NCBI GenBank assembly: GCA_964421635.1
Contig: CAYQWZ010000002.1
Span: 65,749 to 129,748 of the forward strand
Length of the DNA stretch: 64,000 bases
Source: an uncultured Candidatus Saccharibacteria bacterium
Lineage (GTDB): Bacteria > Patescibacteriota > UBA1384 > CAILIB01 > JAUSJZ01
Direction: 5' to 3'
Within the stretch, counting starts at the first letter, position 1; each line of letters begins with the position of its first letter. This document shows, in pieces, positions 9,241-19,091 of the stretch. The notes beneath the pieces were generated by a model, which was given only the letters and a program-made list of their open reading frames with translations, did no database searches and was not told the origin of the DNA. Position numbers and translations under genes: made by a program.

Positions 9241-10890
9241 GTGAATATTTGGGGAAAGTCTATTTTGTTGTCGACCCTGTTAATCTCTGCTTTTTTATTA
9301 TTGCCAGGAAGTGCTAAAGCGGCCAATGATGGCGATTTAGTCCAAGCTCCAGGCGACTCTAAAGTCTACATGATTGAAGGCTCTTTGAAAAGGCATATTG
9401 CTAATTTCGACACTTTTTCGAACTGGGGTTTTAATGTCGGTTTAATTAGACGAATTTCCCAAGCAGAGCTCAATACACATCCTACCGGTCCAAAAATGAC
9501 TCGTTTAATTCATTGGGGTGGTAGAGTTTTCTTAATTGAAAATGGTCAGAAACGCTATGTGCCAACGGCTGACTCACTAGCCTTATACGGCGTCACATTT
9601 GCCAGCTTAACAGATGTTAATACTTCAACTTTCGATAGACTGCCAGAAGGATCAATGCTTGAAGCCCCTCATACAGTTAGAGTGCCAGGCGATAACAGAG
9701 TTTTCTTCTTAGAAGATGGTGTCCGTCGGCCTTTCGCCAATGATGAAGTAATGTGGGCTTGGGGTTATTCACGCGAGGGCACCACCGTGGCGGCCGCAGC
9801 TACTGCTTTTCCAGTCGGCCCTACACTAACGGCTGTTGTCGTTAATGAAGGTAATGTTTATGCCGTTGAAAATGGAAAACGACGCCATGTTATTTCTGAT
9901 TCAGCTTTGTTGACTAACGGATACCGCTGGGAAGATGTGGTGAACATTTTAAACTCAACAAAAGACACGCTACCAGAAGACAATCCTATTAGACCGCATG
10001 CTGTTATTAGAACACCTGGTTACAGTCAAATTTGGTTAATGGATGGCGATACCCGTCGACACATTCCTAATGACGAAATTTTTGAAGCTTGGGGTTTTGT
10101 TGATTCACAGGTAGTAACTGTTCCTAACGATGTCGCCTTTAAGTATCCGGAGGGTTCAGAAATGACTCGCTATGTTATAACATCTGATAATTCAAGATTT
10201 TATATTATTAATGGCAAACACAGGCGGGTAACAAACGCGGTTTTGCAAGAAAGAGTTTTTGGTATAAGCCCTTCTGATTTAAAACAAATAGATGATATTG
10301 GTTTTCATCATACTGGTGATGGTGGAGAGCTACAAAATGGCCTAGTGACCTTTGAAGGTCATAACATTCCAATTGAAAAAGGAAAGACTGCTCGAGAACA
10401 ACATTTGTACACCAACAAAGAAGAAGCAGATTTAGGTCGCACAGATGCAGGTGCCCAACGTCATTACGATCGCTCGAACACTCCAGTGGCGGGTCGCAAC
10501 GGTATGGCCGGAGGATACGGAGCTTTCGGCTCGGAAGCCTCGCCGGCGTCGCTCGATCAAGAGAGATATTACATTACTATGCGTTGGAACTATTGTGAGT
10601 GGTACGAAGATTCAGGTAATTTAGACAGCTTTGGTCGTGCTGGTACTTATTGTAGAAACCTAGATAGTGCCGCTAAAAGTTGGCATCGACATAAGAAAGT
10701 GATTGTTACTAATCCTTCTAATGGAAAACAGGTTGTGGTTTCGGTTGAAGAATCGGGCCCAGCTATTTGGACAGGTCGGGTGTCTGGTTTATCTCCTGAA
10801 GCTATGATTGCTCTAAATGCCTCCACAAATGACGAACTTCTATATTACTGGGCAGGGAATCAAGACATTAATCTTGGAGTGCTGAATTAA
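9241..10890 (+). CDS. Secreted protein with six ~55-aa repeats and a C-terminal RlpA/DPBB-like domain (putative cell-wall hydrolase)
   Basis: GTG 9241 gives a signal peptide (...SAKA/ANDG); repeats of type VYxIEnGxKRHI...WGF; C-terminal VIVTNPSNGKQVVVSVEESGP...GRVSGLSPEAM. Confidence 0.6.
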   Translation: MNIWGKSILLSTLLISAFLLLPGSAKAANDGDLVQAPGDSKVYMIEGSLKRHIANFDTFSNWGFNVGLIRRISQAELNTHPTGPKMTRLIHWGGRVFLIENGQKRYVPTADSLALYGVTFASLTDVNTSTFDRLPEGSMLEAPHTVRVPGDNRVFFLEDGVRRPFANDEVMWAWGYSREGTTVAAAATAFPVGPTLTAVVVNEGNVYAVENGKRRHVISDSALLTNGYRWEDVVNILNSTKDTLPEDNPIRPHAVIRTPGYSQIWLMDGDTRRHIPNDEIFEAWGFVDSQVVTVPNDVAFKYPEGSEMTRYVITSDNSRFYIINGKHRRVTNAVLQERVFGISPSDLKQIDDIGFHHTGDGGELQNGLVTFEGHNIPIEKGKTAREQHLYTNKEEADLGRTDAGAQRHYDRSNTPVAGRNGMAGGYGAFGSEASPASLDQERYYITMRWNYCEWYEDSGNLDSFGRAGTYCRNLDSAAKSWHRHKKVIVTNPSNGKQVVVSVEESGPAIWTGRVSGLSPEAMIALNASTNDELLYYWAGNQDINLGVLN

Positions 10891-10912
10891 GAGATAGAAA
10901 ATATTACAATGT

Positions 10913-10948
10913 AAAAAACCGCCTACAGTTTTATTGAGGCGGTTTTTT
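10913..10948. terminator. Bidirectional intrinsic terminator
   Basis: AAAAAACCGCCT...AGGCGGTTTTTT between convergent genes. Confidence 0.85.
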
Positions 10949-10971
10949 GACTGTCCAAAACAATGACAGTT

Positions 10972-11523
10972 TTATTTCTTATTATCAGCTAAAGCTAGGC
11001 CAATAAACCAGCCGAATAAGGCGCCGGCAATAAGGCCGTACAAGCCCGCACTTACAGGATTTTGCTCTAACACAGTTTCTGCTGGCAATACTTTTGTATT
11101 GACGACTGAGGTCTCTTGAGCACCGCCTGAGAACAAATTTGAAGCCAACTCGTCTGAAGCAGCGGCTAAATAAATTTCTGTTTGTTCAGAAATTAAAGCT
11201 TCATCTTCTTCAGAAATAGCGTTGGCTAAACCGATTGTCACTTGAATGTGAAATGAATCTGGCAAGATATCGAACTGTACAGACTGGGCGGCGGTGACAC
11301 CTTCTTCATTTAAAGTTTTTATAAAATCTGTTTTGGTGATGCTTTCTACTAATGTCTGGTTATAGGTGCGCGGAGAAGCTAAAGATTCAGAAGGATTCAC
11401 CATTGAAGCGAACAATCCTTTATAAGTTTGAGTAACTGTAGCTTGGCGCGATTGTGCCATTAAGCCGGTAGTCAAGGCGCCAATAACAGCGAAGATAATT
11501 GTAAAATACCAAATTTTTTTCAT
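10972..11523 (-). CDS. Wzz/CapA-like chain-length-determinant-type membrane protein
   Basis: N- and C-terminal TM helices flank a soluble loop; P...GLYGLIAGALFG end; glycan-locus context. Confidence 0.5.
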   Translation of the reverse strand: MKKIWYFTIIFAVIGALTTGLMAQSRQATVTQTYKGLFASMVNPSESLASPRTYNQTLVESITKTDFIKTLNEEGVTAAQSVQFDILPDSFHIQVTIGLANAISEEDEALISEQTEIYLAAASDELASNLFSGGAQETSVVNTKVLPAETVLEQNPVSAGLYGLIAGALFGWFIGLALADNKK

Positions 11524-11566
11524 CAAAGTAGTTTAGTTATGAATTTTCTTTAGTATACTGGAGAAA

Positions 11567-12688
11567 ATGAGAAAAGCACAATATATTTGGTGGTTACTTT
11601 TTGTGGGAGCTTTTCTGTTTGGTCATCTTGGTCGACTGCTTTGGCCAGCCACAATTTTAGGTCGTATAAATTTATTAGATATTGTGGTAGCCGCCGCCGT
11701 GCTAGTTTTTTGGCGCAAAATTAAATTGCCAAAATTTCTAGTAGGATTCATAGTAATTTCTCTCCTATCTTTCTTCGTCGGGTTCTCTTTATTTGGTTTC
11801 TCTTCGCAGCCAGAATCCTTAATGTTTCTGTTGCGCCTAGTAATATATAGTCTGTTTATTGGTGTCGCTCCGCAGCTTTTTCAAAAAAAATCACAGCAAA
11901 TTTTAATGACTTTGGGAGTGCTTGTTTCTCTAATAGGATTAATCCAGCTACAAATATTCTCAGCCATTCCGGTCTCTATGATTGCCTCGCATGGGTTTGA
12001 TCCGCATGCTGGCCGTTTATTTGCCACATTCTTTGACCCTAATTTTGCGGCAGTAGTTTTGGTAATTACCACTTTGGCTACACTGAATATTATTTTTAGT
12101 AAATATTCTCACCAAACTCTGCTCGCTTTGCTAATACAAATTTACGCTCTGCTGCTTACCAATTCTCGCTCCGGTCTATTGGCTTTACTAGTAGCACTGT
12201 TCATCTTTTTTCTAATGCGTGATAAAAAATATGTTCTATTACTGCTAGCTCTTTCTATGGCGGCCTTTATTCTATCCCCATCGCTGGCATTAAGAATTCG
12301 CTCGGCAGTTTCCCTCGATGCTACCTCTAAAGCTCGTTTCGCTAGCTGGGAAACTGCCTCGCTCATAATAGAAGAGAGTCCGGTCATTGGGGTAGGATAT
12401 AATAATTATCAGTGGGCCTCATCTTCAGTCGGCAGGTTTTATAATCGAGTTGGTAAAATTGCATTATCTGCTAACGCTTCTGATAGTTCAATTCTAACCC
12501 TGTGGGCCACCGTTGGTTTTTTCGGTGTGGTTCTGTTTAGCCTTTTTTGGCTGGCTGAAACGAAACGAAAAAGACCAGTCGTTAATTCGGCTATGGCCGC
12601 TATAATTATCAATTCATGGTTTTTAAATAGCTGGCTTTGGCCGTTCACATTATTTTTATTAGCCCTAATATTAATCGATCAAGAATGA
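11567..12688 (+). CDS. O-antigen ligase/polymerase family protein (Wzy_C)
   Basis: RLFATFFDPN, LLTNSRSGLLA, R..SW...I..SPVIGVGYNNY. Confidence 0.85.
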   Translation: MRKAQYIWWLLFVGAFLFGHLGRLLWPATILGRINLLDIVVAAAVLVFWRKIKLPKFLVGFIVISLLSFFVGFSLFGFSSQPESLMFLLRLVIYSLFIGVAPQLFQKKSQQILMTLGVLVSLIGLIQLQIFSAIPVSMIASHGFDPHAGRLFATFFDPNFAAVVLVITTLATLNIIFSKYSHQTLLALLIQIYALLLTNSRSGLLALLVALFIFFLMRDKKYVLLLLALSMAAFILSPSLALRIRSAVSLDATSKARFASWETASLIIEESPVIGVGYNNYQWASSSVGRFYNRVGKIALSANASDSSILTLWATVGFFGVVLFSLFWLAETKRKRPVVNSAMAAIIINSWFLNSWLWPFTLFLLALILIDQE

Positions 12689-13818
12689 ATATTGGCATAG
12701 ATGCACGAAAACTTGGCAAAACAGGTATTGGGCGTTATGTCCAAGAGCTAACTAAAGAGCTGGCTGAGCAAAATCCTAAAGATAATTTTTACTTAATTGT
12801 GTCGCCAAATTATAAAGATCACCTTGACGACGATTTAGTCGAACAAGAAAATGTTTCAGCCCATATCTCTTTAGCGGGCTACTACTCATTATCTGAACAG
12901 TTAGACTTTGGCAGAGAGCTAGATCGACTTGGTTTAGATTTAATCCATTTTCCAAACTTTAATGTGCCTCAATTTATTAAAACTCCTTATGTCATTACGG
13001 TTCACGATCTAACACTTCTGCATTATCCGGGGCGAAGGATGTTCTTTGGCAAGCGGTTGTTTTATCGTTATGTTTTAGGAAAAGCGCTAAAGCGTGCCCA
13101 ATATATAATCACAGATTCGAAAGATTCAAAAAGAGATATTAAAAGCTTTATGTCGCACGGGCGTATAAGAAATAAGAAAAAAATAAGAGTTGTGCCTTTG
13201 GCTGCAGCCAGAATTTTCAAAGAAAAAGTATCAAAATTGCATCAGTCGCAGGGCATAAAAAGTTTAGGATTAGCCAGTCCTTATTTTCTAGCTGTGGGTT
13301 CAGACTTAAAACATAAAAATATCCGTCGTATTATTAAAGCGTTTTTAAAGTTGGCAAAAGGCAGCGATCAACCGTATAAACTGGCATTAGTCGGCAAATA
13401 CAATCAGACCGGCCCAATCCTTAATTTAATTAACAACTCAGACACCCTAGCTACTCGCGTTACAGTTATGGGGGCGGTGACTGACAAGGAGCTACGAATA
13501 TTATATAAAGGGGCACAGGCCTTGGTTTTTGTTTCTCTTAAAGAAGGATTTGGCTTGCCAATTCTGGAGGCTTTCAAGGCTGGCTGTTTGGTTATCACAT
13601 CGAACAAATCTTCAATGAAGGAGATTGCTGGCAAGGGGGCAATAATAGTTGATCCACAAAAAACGGATAGTATTTATGCGGCTATGAGAGATTCAGTTGA
13701 AAAACCTAAGTTAGTATTAAAAAAGAAAATGGTGGGCAGAAAGATTGCCAAAAAATATTCTTGGTCGAAGACGGCGAGGTTAACTTATGCAATTTATGAG
13801 AAAGCGATTGAAGAATAA
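12685..13818 (+). CDS. Glycosyltransferase family 4 (mannosyltransferase-like)
   Basis: MNIGIDAR, TGIGRY, VITVHDL, HKNI, EGFGLPILEA; ATG overlaps the upstream stop. Confidence 0.92.
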   Translation: MNIGIDARKLGKTGIGRYVQELTKELAEQNPKDNFYLIVSPNYKDHLDDDLVEQENVSAHISLAGYYSLSEQLDFGRELDRLGLDLIHFPNFNVPQFIKTPYVITVHDLTLLHYPGRRMFFGKRLFYRYVLGKALKRAQYIITDSKDSKRDIKSFMSHGRIRNKKKIRVVPLAAARIFKEKVSKLHQSQGIKSLGLASPYFLAVGSDLKHKNIRRIIKAFLKLAKGSDQPYKLALVGKYNQTGPILNLINNSDTLATRVTVMGAVTDKELRILYKGAQALVFVSLKEGFGLPILEAFKAGCLVITSNKSSMKEIAGKGAIIVDPQKTDSIYAAMRDSVEKPKLVLKKKMVGRKIAKKYSWSKTARLTYAIYEKAIEE

Positions 13819-15730
13819 AAGAATTTTGAAGAACAAAAAGATTATCGCTGTAATTATTTTTTTGGTAGTTTTCTTTGGGTTTTCTCAAGGATTGATGATG
13901 GTTTATCAGAATAAAATAATGCCTAGAACCTTTGTTGGTGGTCAAAAAATTGGTGGTATGAGTGCCAATAAAGCGCGTGAAATTATCTCTTTTCAGGCTA
14001 GTCAGGTGAGTGATATTAAAATTCAAGTTGAAAATAGTGAAGTTATTTCAATTTCTAAACAAGAGCTTGGTGTTCAGTATGATATTGAAGAAACTGTAAA
14101 ACAGGCTTTCTCTTTGGGCAAAACTGGTAATTGGTTTTCTCAAATATTATTACATGCAAAATCTCTGTTTGTGGCTAATAAAATTGATCCTGTTTTGGTG
14201 GTCGATGAAGAACTTTTAAATTTAGTGTTGAACGAGAAGGTTTATAAAGAGCATGAGTCAGCTGCTCAAGAAGTAGACTTAGATATAACTCAAGGTGTAG
14301 TAACAATTATCCCAGGTGAATCAGGGCTAGTTTTAGATAAAAGCAATCTCGAACAACAGATTGAACAGCGTTTTACTAATTTTTCAAACGAATTGATTGT
14401 GGTTAAGAGGAATCCTTTTGCTCCTAAATTTGAAGTTGAAGATGCACAATTTGCTAAAACTCAGGCGGAGAAAATTATTCAGTCAAATTTGGTTTTGACT
14501 TATAAAGATGCAGAATTTGTTATTGAGTCGGCTCAACTTGGCGGCTGGGTTAAAACAAAAGCCATAAACAAAAAAGATGTACTTTTCAATAAAGCTATCA
14601 AAGCGGGAGCTGTGAATAAAAAAGAACTGTTATTAGCTGATATTGATAATGAGCAGGTTGCAACTTATGTAAAGGCTTTAGCAACAGAGAATATTAATAA
14701 AGAGCCAAAGAACGCTAAAGTAAGATTTGCTGGTGACAAAGTGGAAGTTTTTGAGCCTAGTAGTAACGGAGTGACGGTCAAAGAAATGGAGACAGTAGAG
14801 GCAATTATTGATACTTTACGCGAAAAATCTTTCTCACACAATGACAATAAAGTAGCCGTTACATTTGAAGAAATTGAGCCAAAAATTAATGAAGGAAGTC
14901 TGGCTGATTCTGGCATTAAAGAGCTAATTGGGCGAGCAGCAACAGATTACGCTACTAGCCCAAGCAATAGAAAACACAATATTGCGCAAGGAGTAAAAAG
15001 TATTTCAGGTACAATTTTGGCGCCTAATGAAGAGTTTTCGGCGGTTGAAGCTTTAGGAGATGTTTCGGCGGCAACTGGTTATCTACCCGAGCTTGTTATT
15101 TCAAACAATGAATTGGAACGACAGTATGGTGGAGGATTATGTCAGCCAATTACTACTTTATTTAGAGCTGTACTCGACGCTGGATTACAGATATCTTCGC
15201 GCTCTAATCATTCGCGGCGAGTTAGTTATTATGAGCGTGTTTCAGCCATCAAAGGAGTAAGAATAAATTGGGATTCGCGTTTCGCCAATATTGGCAGTGG
15301 TTTAGTTGGCTACGACGCTACTGTTTTTATTCCTGAGCCAGATTTAAAATTTATTAACGATACTGGTCATTCAATTTTGGTGCAGGGTATTGTAACTAAT
15401 AATAGTAGGGTAACTTTTGAAATATACGGTACCAATGATGATCGCCAAGTCACTATCTCAAAAGCGATTATTCATTACACGAAAGCACCGCCTGATCCGC
15501 AGTTTACACCTGACCCAACCAAACCATCTATGACTATGGAGTTGGTTGAAAAATCTGTGCCGGGGGCCAAAACATCTTTTAATTATACGGTGACCAAGGC
15601 TGACGGTAGTGAACATACAGATACTTTCGAATCCTTCTATCGGCCCATTCCGGAGCGTTATTTAGTTGGTACAGCAGAGCCACAACCAGTTCCAGAAGGG
15701 GAACAACCAGCAGAACAACCGGCTCAATAA
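13787..15730 (+). CDS. VanW family protein with peptidoglycan-binding (YoaR-like) region
   Basis: N-terminal TM; NRKHNI, YGGGLCQ..TTLFRA, R.NHS, GYDATVF..PDLKFINDTG. Confidence 0.9.
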   Translation: MQFMRKRLKNKRILKNKKIIAVIIFLVVFFGFSQGLMMVYQNKIMPRTFVGGQKIGGMSANKAREIISFQASQVSDIKIQVENSEVISISKQELGVQYDIEETVKQAFSLGKTGNWFSQILLHAKSLFVANKIDPVLVVDEELLNLVLNEKVYKEHESAAQEVDLDITQGVVTIIPGESGLVLDKSNLEQQIEQRFTNFSNELIVVKRNPFAPKFEVEDAQFAKTQAEKIIQSNLVLTYKDAEFVIESAQLGGWVKTKAINKKDVLFNKAIKAGAVNKKELLLADIDNEQVATYVKALATENINKEPKNAKVRFAGDKVEVFEPSSNGVTVKEMETVEAIIDTLREKSFSHNDNKVAVTFEEIEPKINEGSLADSGIKELIGRAATDYATSPSNRKHNIAQGVKSISGTILAPNEEFSAVEALGDVSAATGYLPELVISNNELERQYGGGLCQPITTLFRAVLDAGLQISSRSNHSRRVSYYERVSAIKGVRINWDSRFANIGSGLVGYDATVFIPEPDLKFINDTGHSILVQGIVTNNSRVTFEIYGTNDDRQVTISKAIIHYTKAPPDPQFTPDPTKPSMTMELVEKSVPGAKTSFNYTVTKADGSEHTDTFESFYRPIPERYLVGTAEPQPVPEGEQPAEQPAQ

Positions 15731-15731
15731 A

Positions 15732-16220
15732 TTATTCAGCGCAAAGAGCGAGTGCTAGTCCGTCCGCGGCATCATCTGGTTTGGGAATAATATTAAGTTC
15801 TAAAATTTGTTGAACCATATACTGAATCTGTTTTTTATCAGCGTGGCCGAAGCCTGTTAGGGTCATTTTTACCTGTTTAGGCGTATACTCTTTGTAGTCA
15901 ATATTTTTTTCGTTCAAAGTCAGGATTATCACCCCGCGCGCTTCCGAAACACTCATAGCAGTTGTCTGATTACGAGCAAAAAAAAGTTTTTCAACAGAAG
16001 CGAACTGAGGTAAAAACTCTTCGAGTATTTCGTTTAATTCTTTATGTATTTCGGCCAAGCGTTTGGCAGCATCAGTTTTTTTATCTGTCTCAATACAGCC
16101 GTAAGCGATAGCTGTCTTTTTATTAGAATCTTTGTCAAAATCAACAATGCCCCAGCCGACGCGAGCGGTACCGGGGTCGATTCCAATTACTCTATATATC
16201 TTTGGCGTTGGTTGAGACAT
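15732..16220 (-). CDS. ruvC: Crossover junction endodeoxyribonuclease RuvC
   Basis: VIGIDPG, VEKLFF, EARGVI, EYTP.QVK, PDDAADGLA. Confidence 0.96.
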   Translation of the reverse strand: MSQPTPKIYRVIGIDPGTARVGWGIVDFDKDSNKKTAIAYGCIETDKKTDAAKRLAEIHKELNEILEEFLPQFASVEKLFFARNQTTAMSVSEARGVIILTLNEKNIDYKEYTPKQVKMTLTGFGHADKKQIQYMVQQILELNIIPKPDDAADGLALALCAE

Positions 16221-16911
16221 TTGCGACATCATCATTGTCGTCTAGAGTCTGCAAAAGTGCAAGTAACTTTTCTTCAGTAGTAGTGTCTATTTCCATCTCT
16301 GTTTGGGCAACATACTCTAGGTCTACTTCAGAAATTTTAATTTTATTCTTCTCTAAAATATCTTTAACAGATTTCAAATCAGCTCGCGCAGTCTCAACAG
16401 TTAGTACTCTTTCAGCCAGAGAGTAATCTTCAGCGCCTGATTCAATAATAATCTCTTCAACTGAATCGGTCATCTCTTTTAGGGGACCACGAATAATTCC
16501 TTTTTGTTCAAATAAATGGGTGACGGATCCTTTATCAGCAACAATACCTCCGTTTTTGCTCATAATATTTCTGATTTCAGCTAAAGAACGATTCTTATTA
16601 TCAGAAATAACTTCAATAATTAAGCCAGTACCTCCGGGGCCGAATCCTTCCATAATGAATTCTTCAATAACCGCGCCTTCAAGCTCACCAGTTCCGCGCT
16701 TAATAGCGCGTTCAATATTATCTTTGGGCAGATTCGATTTTTTGGCAGTATCAATAGCCATTCGTAAACGGACATTAGCATCGGGGTCGCTTCCACCGGC
16801 GCGAGCGGCGGCAGCGATAAGATTCGCCATCTTAGTAAAAACCTGGCCGCGTTTAGCGTCGTTAGCTCCCTTTTTATGTTTTATTGAACTCCATTTACTA
16901 TGTCCTGACAT
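16192..16911 (-). CDS. yebC: YebC/PmpR family protein
   Basis: MSGHSKWSSIKHKK, DPDANVRLR, EGFGPGG, DNKNRS. Confidence 0.96.
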   Translation of the reverse strand: MSGHSKWSSIKHKKGANDAKRGQVFTKMANLIAAAARAGGSDPDANVRLRMAIDTAKKSNLPKDNIERAIKRGTGELEGAVIEEFIMEGFGPGGTGLIIEVISDNKNRSLAEIRNIMSKNGGIVADKGSVTHLFEQKGIIRGPLKEMTDSVEEIIIESGAEDYSLAERVLTVETARADLKSVKDILEKNKIKISEVDLEYVAQTEMEIDTTTEEKLLALLQTLDDNDDVANVSTNAKDI

Positions 16912-16917
16912 AATGTT

Positions 16918-17805
16918 CTATTTATAGGAGTAAATTTGGGATCCGTCAAGGTCTGTCCTTTTTATTATGGCAAAGTTTGTTAATCTCTCTAAGGCTTCAG
17001 TGTGCGGATGGTTAAATTTATTGTCTACTCCGGTGGAGATCCAAGCTTGGTTAAAAAAGAAGGATTGCAGAAATTCCTCCCCCGATGTGTTTTTGGAGCC
17101 GTGATGCGAAACCTGCAGAATTTCGAAATCTGTTTGACAGCGAAGGGATGTCAAATTTTGGCAGTTCAAAATTAACTGCTCTTCATTTTTGGCTTCGAGG
17201 TCACCTGCTAGCAGAATTAATCCTTCTTTTTTATATAAAACCTGCAAAACTAAACCCGCGTCATGCGCATGTTCGGGCATTGTTTGGGAAAAGTCCGCGC
17301 TCGGGTGCAAAGCCTTAATTTGTAGTCCAGAGGGGAGAATGCGTTGCCATCCAAGCTTTATTCGGGGTTTGTTTGGGGATAAACTGTTAATAACTTTTTG
17401 CAGTTCAATAAAGATATCGTTTTTGCTTTCTTGGTCAATTAACCAGACTTCATCGATGCGGTAGCGCTTAAGAATTTCGATAAATCCTTGAATGTGATCG
17501 GCGTGAGTGTGCGAAATGGCGATGACATTTATGTGCGTATCCCAAATGGGCATAGCCTTGGCTAAGGGTGGCAAGACGCTGTTGCCGTCGCCCGCGTCGA
17601 ATAAAATTTGAAAGTTATTTTGATCTTCTATTAGAACGCTCAGGCCCTGACCGACATCGAGCATAGTAATTTTAACAGCTGGCTTTGGCCAAACTGAGTA
17701 AGCAATGAAAGAAAGCCAAACTAGAAAAAGTATTGCTATCAGAGTGGTGCGCCGGCTCGTCGGCAGATTCTGAATTTTTGTTTTTAGAATTCGAAAAAAG
17801 TCCAT
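16918..17805 (-). CDS. ComEC-like metallo-beta-lactamase-fold protein (C-terminal module of split ComEC)
   Basis: LDVGQG, SHTHADHIQG, LLAGD, VSHHGS, NKFNHP; ATG 17805 preferred. Confidence 0.88.
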   Translation of the reverse strand: MDFFRILKTKIQNLPTSRRTTLIAILFLVWLSFIAYSVWPKPAVKITMLDVGQGLSVLIEDQNNFQILFDAGDGNSVLPPLAKAMPIWDTHINVIAISHTHADHIQGFIEILKRYRIDEVWLIDQESKNDIFIELQKVINSLSPNKPRIKLGWQRILPSGLQIKALHPSADFSQTMPEHAHDAGLVLQVLYKKEGLILLAGDLEAKNEEQLILNCQNLTSLRCQTDFEILQVSHHGSKNTSGEEFLQSFFFNQAWISTGVDNKFNHPHTEALERLTNFAIIKRTDLDGSQIYSYK

Positions 17806-18983
17806 GGAATTTTGGCTACTAAGTGAATTATTAATAAAATTAAATTTAATGGAATGGTGGCGATAATGCGTAGTGGTATTAGCAAAAATGGAACAGCAGA
17901 GTAAATAACGGTGGCGCAAAAACCGACGGCCATAGCGATGGGAATAATCCATAAAACTAAAGGATTAGCCAAAAAGGCGGAAGCAGAGAAAGTGCCGAAA
18001 TGATAAATAGCAATAGGAGTGACAAAAGTTGTGGCGGCGACAGTTTCAAGCAGCGGTTTTTTAACAATCTCGGGCAGAATTTGGGCTGGCGCAAAGCTGT
18101 TCGTTTTTTGTTCTAGCCAGTCGGGCAATAAAATTATACCGGTAAAAGCAGCGAAGGATAGCTGCCAACCGATATCAAATTTGTAGAAGCTGTTTAGCCC
18201 AAGCATTATGGCGGCCGGTACAAATAGAAGTCCCCAAATGTTTGTCGGCCGGCCGCTACTTTTAGCCCATAGCGTCAAACTCGAGACCACGCCGCCGCGG
18301 ACGGCGGCGGCAGATAATCCGGTCAAAACAACGAAACTAAAAATGACAAATTGGGCTAGCCAAAAAGAGGCGCGAGTAGAGTTAGTAAGATAGCGAAAAA
18401 GTATCAAAATGACAGAGGCTACAATAACCACATTAGCACCCGAAACGGCAATAATATGAGTGGTGCCTGTGCGAGCCAGTTCATCAAGCGTTGATTCAGG
18501 AATGGCGCGCCGAGAACCAATTAGTAATCCAGCCAAGAAGGATGCTTCAGGCTCTGGCAACAATCGATTAATTTTAGCTTCAAAGTTTTGGCGCAAAACA
18601 GCCAGATTTTTTAGGAGCCAATACTTGGCAGAATTATTTAATCCGACAATTTCAATTTTAGGATAATCCATAAGGGCGGTAATGCCAAAAGTGGAGAGGT
18701 ATTTTTTGTAGTCGAAATCTTCACTAACAGATGGCTCCTCAAGCTGACCGTTTAATTTCACAATTTGACCAACCGCCAAGTCAGCATATTTTGAAGTTTT
18801 GACACGAACTTTTGTTTTATCTGACAGTTCAAAAGTAGCAAAGGCATAAAACTCACGAATATCTAAGGGAGCCATCAAAGTAGCTTTGGTATCTATATAT
18901 TCATAAGTTGGTTGATGCAAATTAACTGGTAAAATTAGTATTACTAAAACTGCCCCAATGCTGAAAATGTGGGTAAAGGTCAT
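17784..18983 (-). CDS. comEC: ComEC/Rec2 competence channel protein
   Basis: FDYKKYL, GTTHIIAVSGAN, AAVRG, DIGWQLSFAA, ANPL. Confidence 0.92.
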   Translation of the reverse strand: MTFTHIFSIGAVLVILILPVNLHQPTYEYIDTKATLMAPLDIREFYAFATFELSDKTKVRVKTSKYADLAVGQIVKLNGQLEEPSVSEDFDYKKYLSTFGITALMDYPKIEIVGLNNSAKYWLLKNLAVLRQNFEAKINRLLPEPEASFLAGLLIGSRRAIPESTLDELARTGTTHIIAVSGANVVIVASVILILFRYLTNSTRASFWLAQFVIFSFVVLTGLSAAAVRGGVVSSLTLWAKSSGRPTNIWGLLFVPAAIMLGLNSFYKFDIGWQLSFAAFTGIILLPDWLEQKTNSFAPAQILPEIVKKPLLETVAATTFVTPIAIYHFGTFSASAFLANPLVLWIIPIAMAVGFCATVIYSAVPFLLIPLRIIATIPLNLILLIIHLVAKIPWTFFEF

Positions 18984-19038
18984 AAGGCAATCTTAAGCAA
19001 TCCTTTATTAAGTAAAGATTAAGGATAATTCAGGGCTC

Positions 19039-19067
19039 TTGACAAAATGTAAAGTAAACTTTACATT
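19039..19067 (+). promoter_or_regulatory. sigma70 promoter of grpE-dnaK-dnaJ with overlapping inverted-repeat operator
   Basis: TTGACA (19039-44), 17 bp, TACATT (19062-67); perfect IR AATGTAAAG-TAAA-CTTTACATT at 19046-19067. Confidence 0.7.
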
Positions 19068-19091
19068 GGTTTATGTACAGTAATTTTTTAT

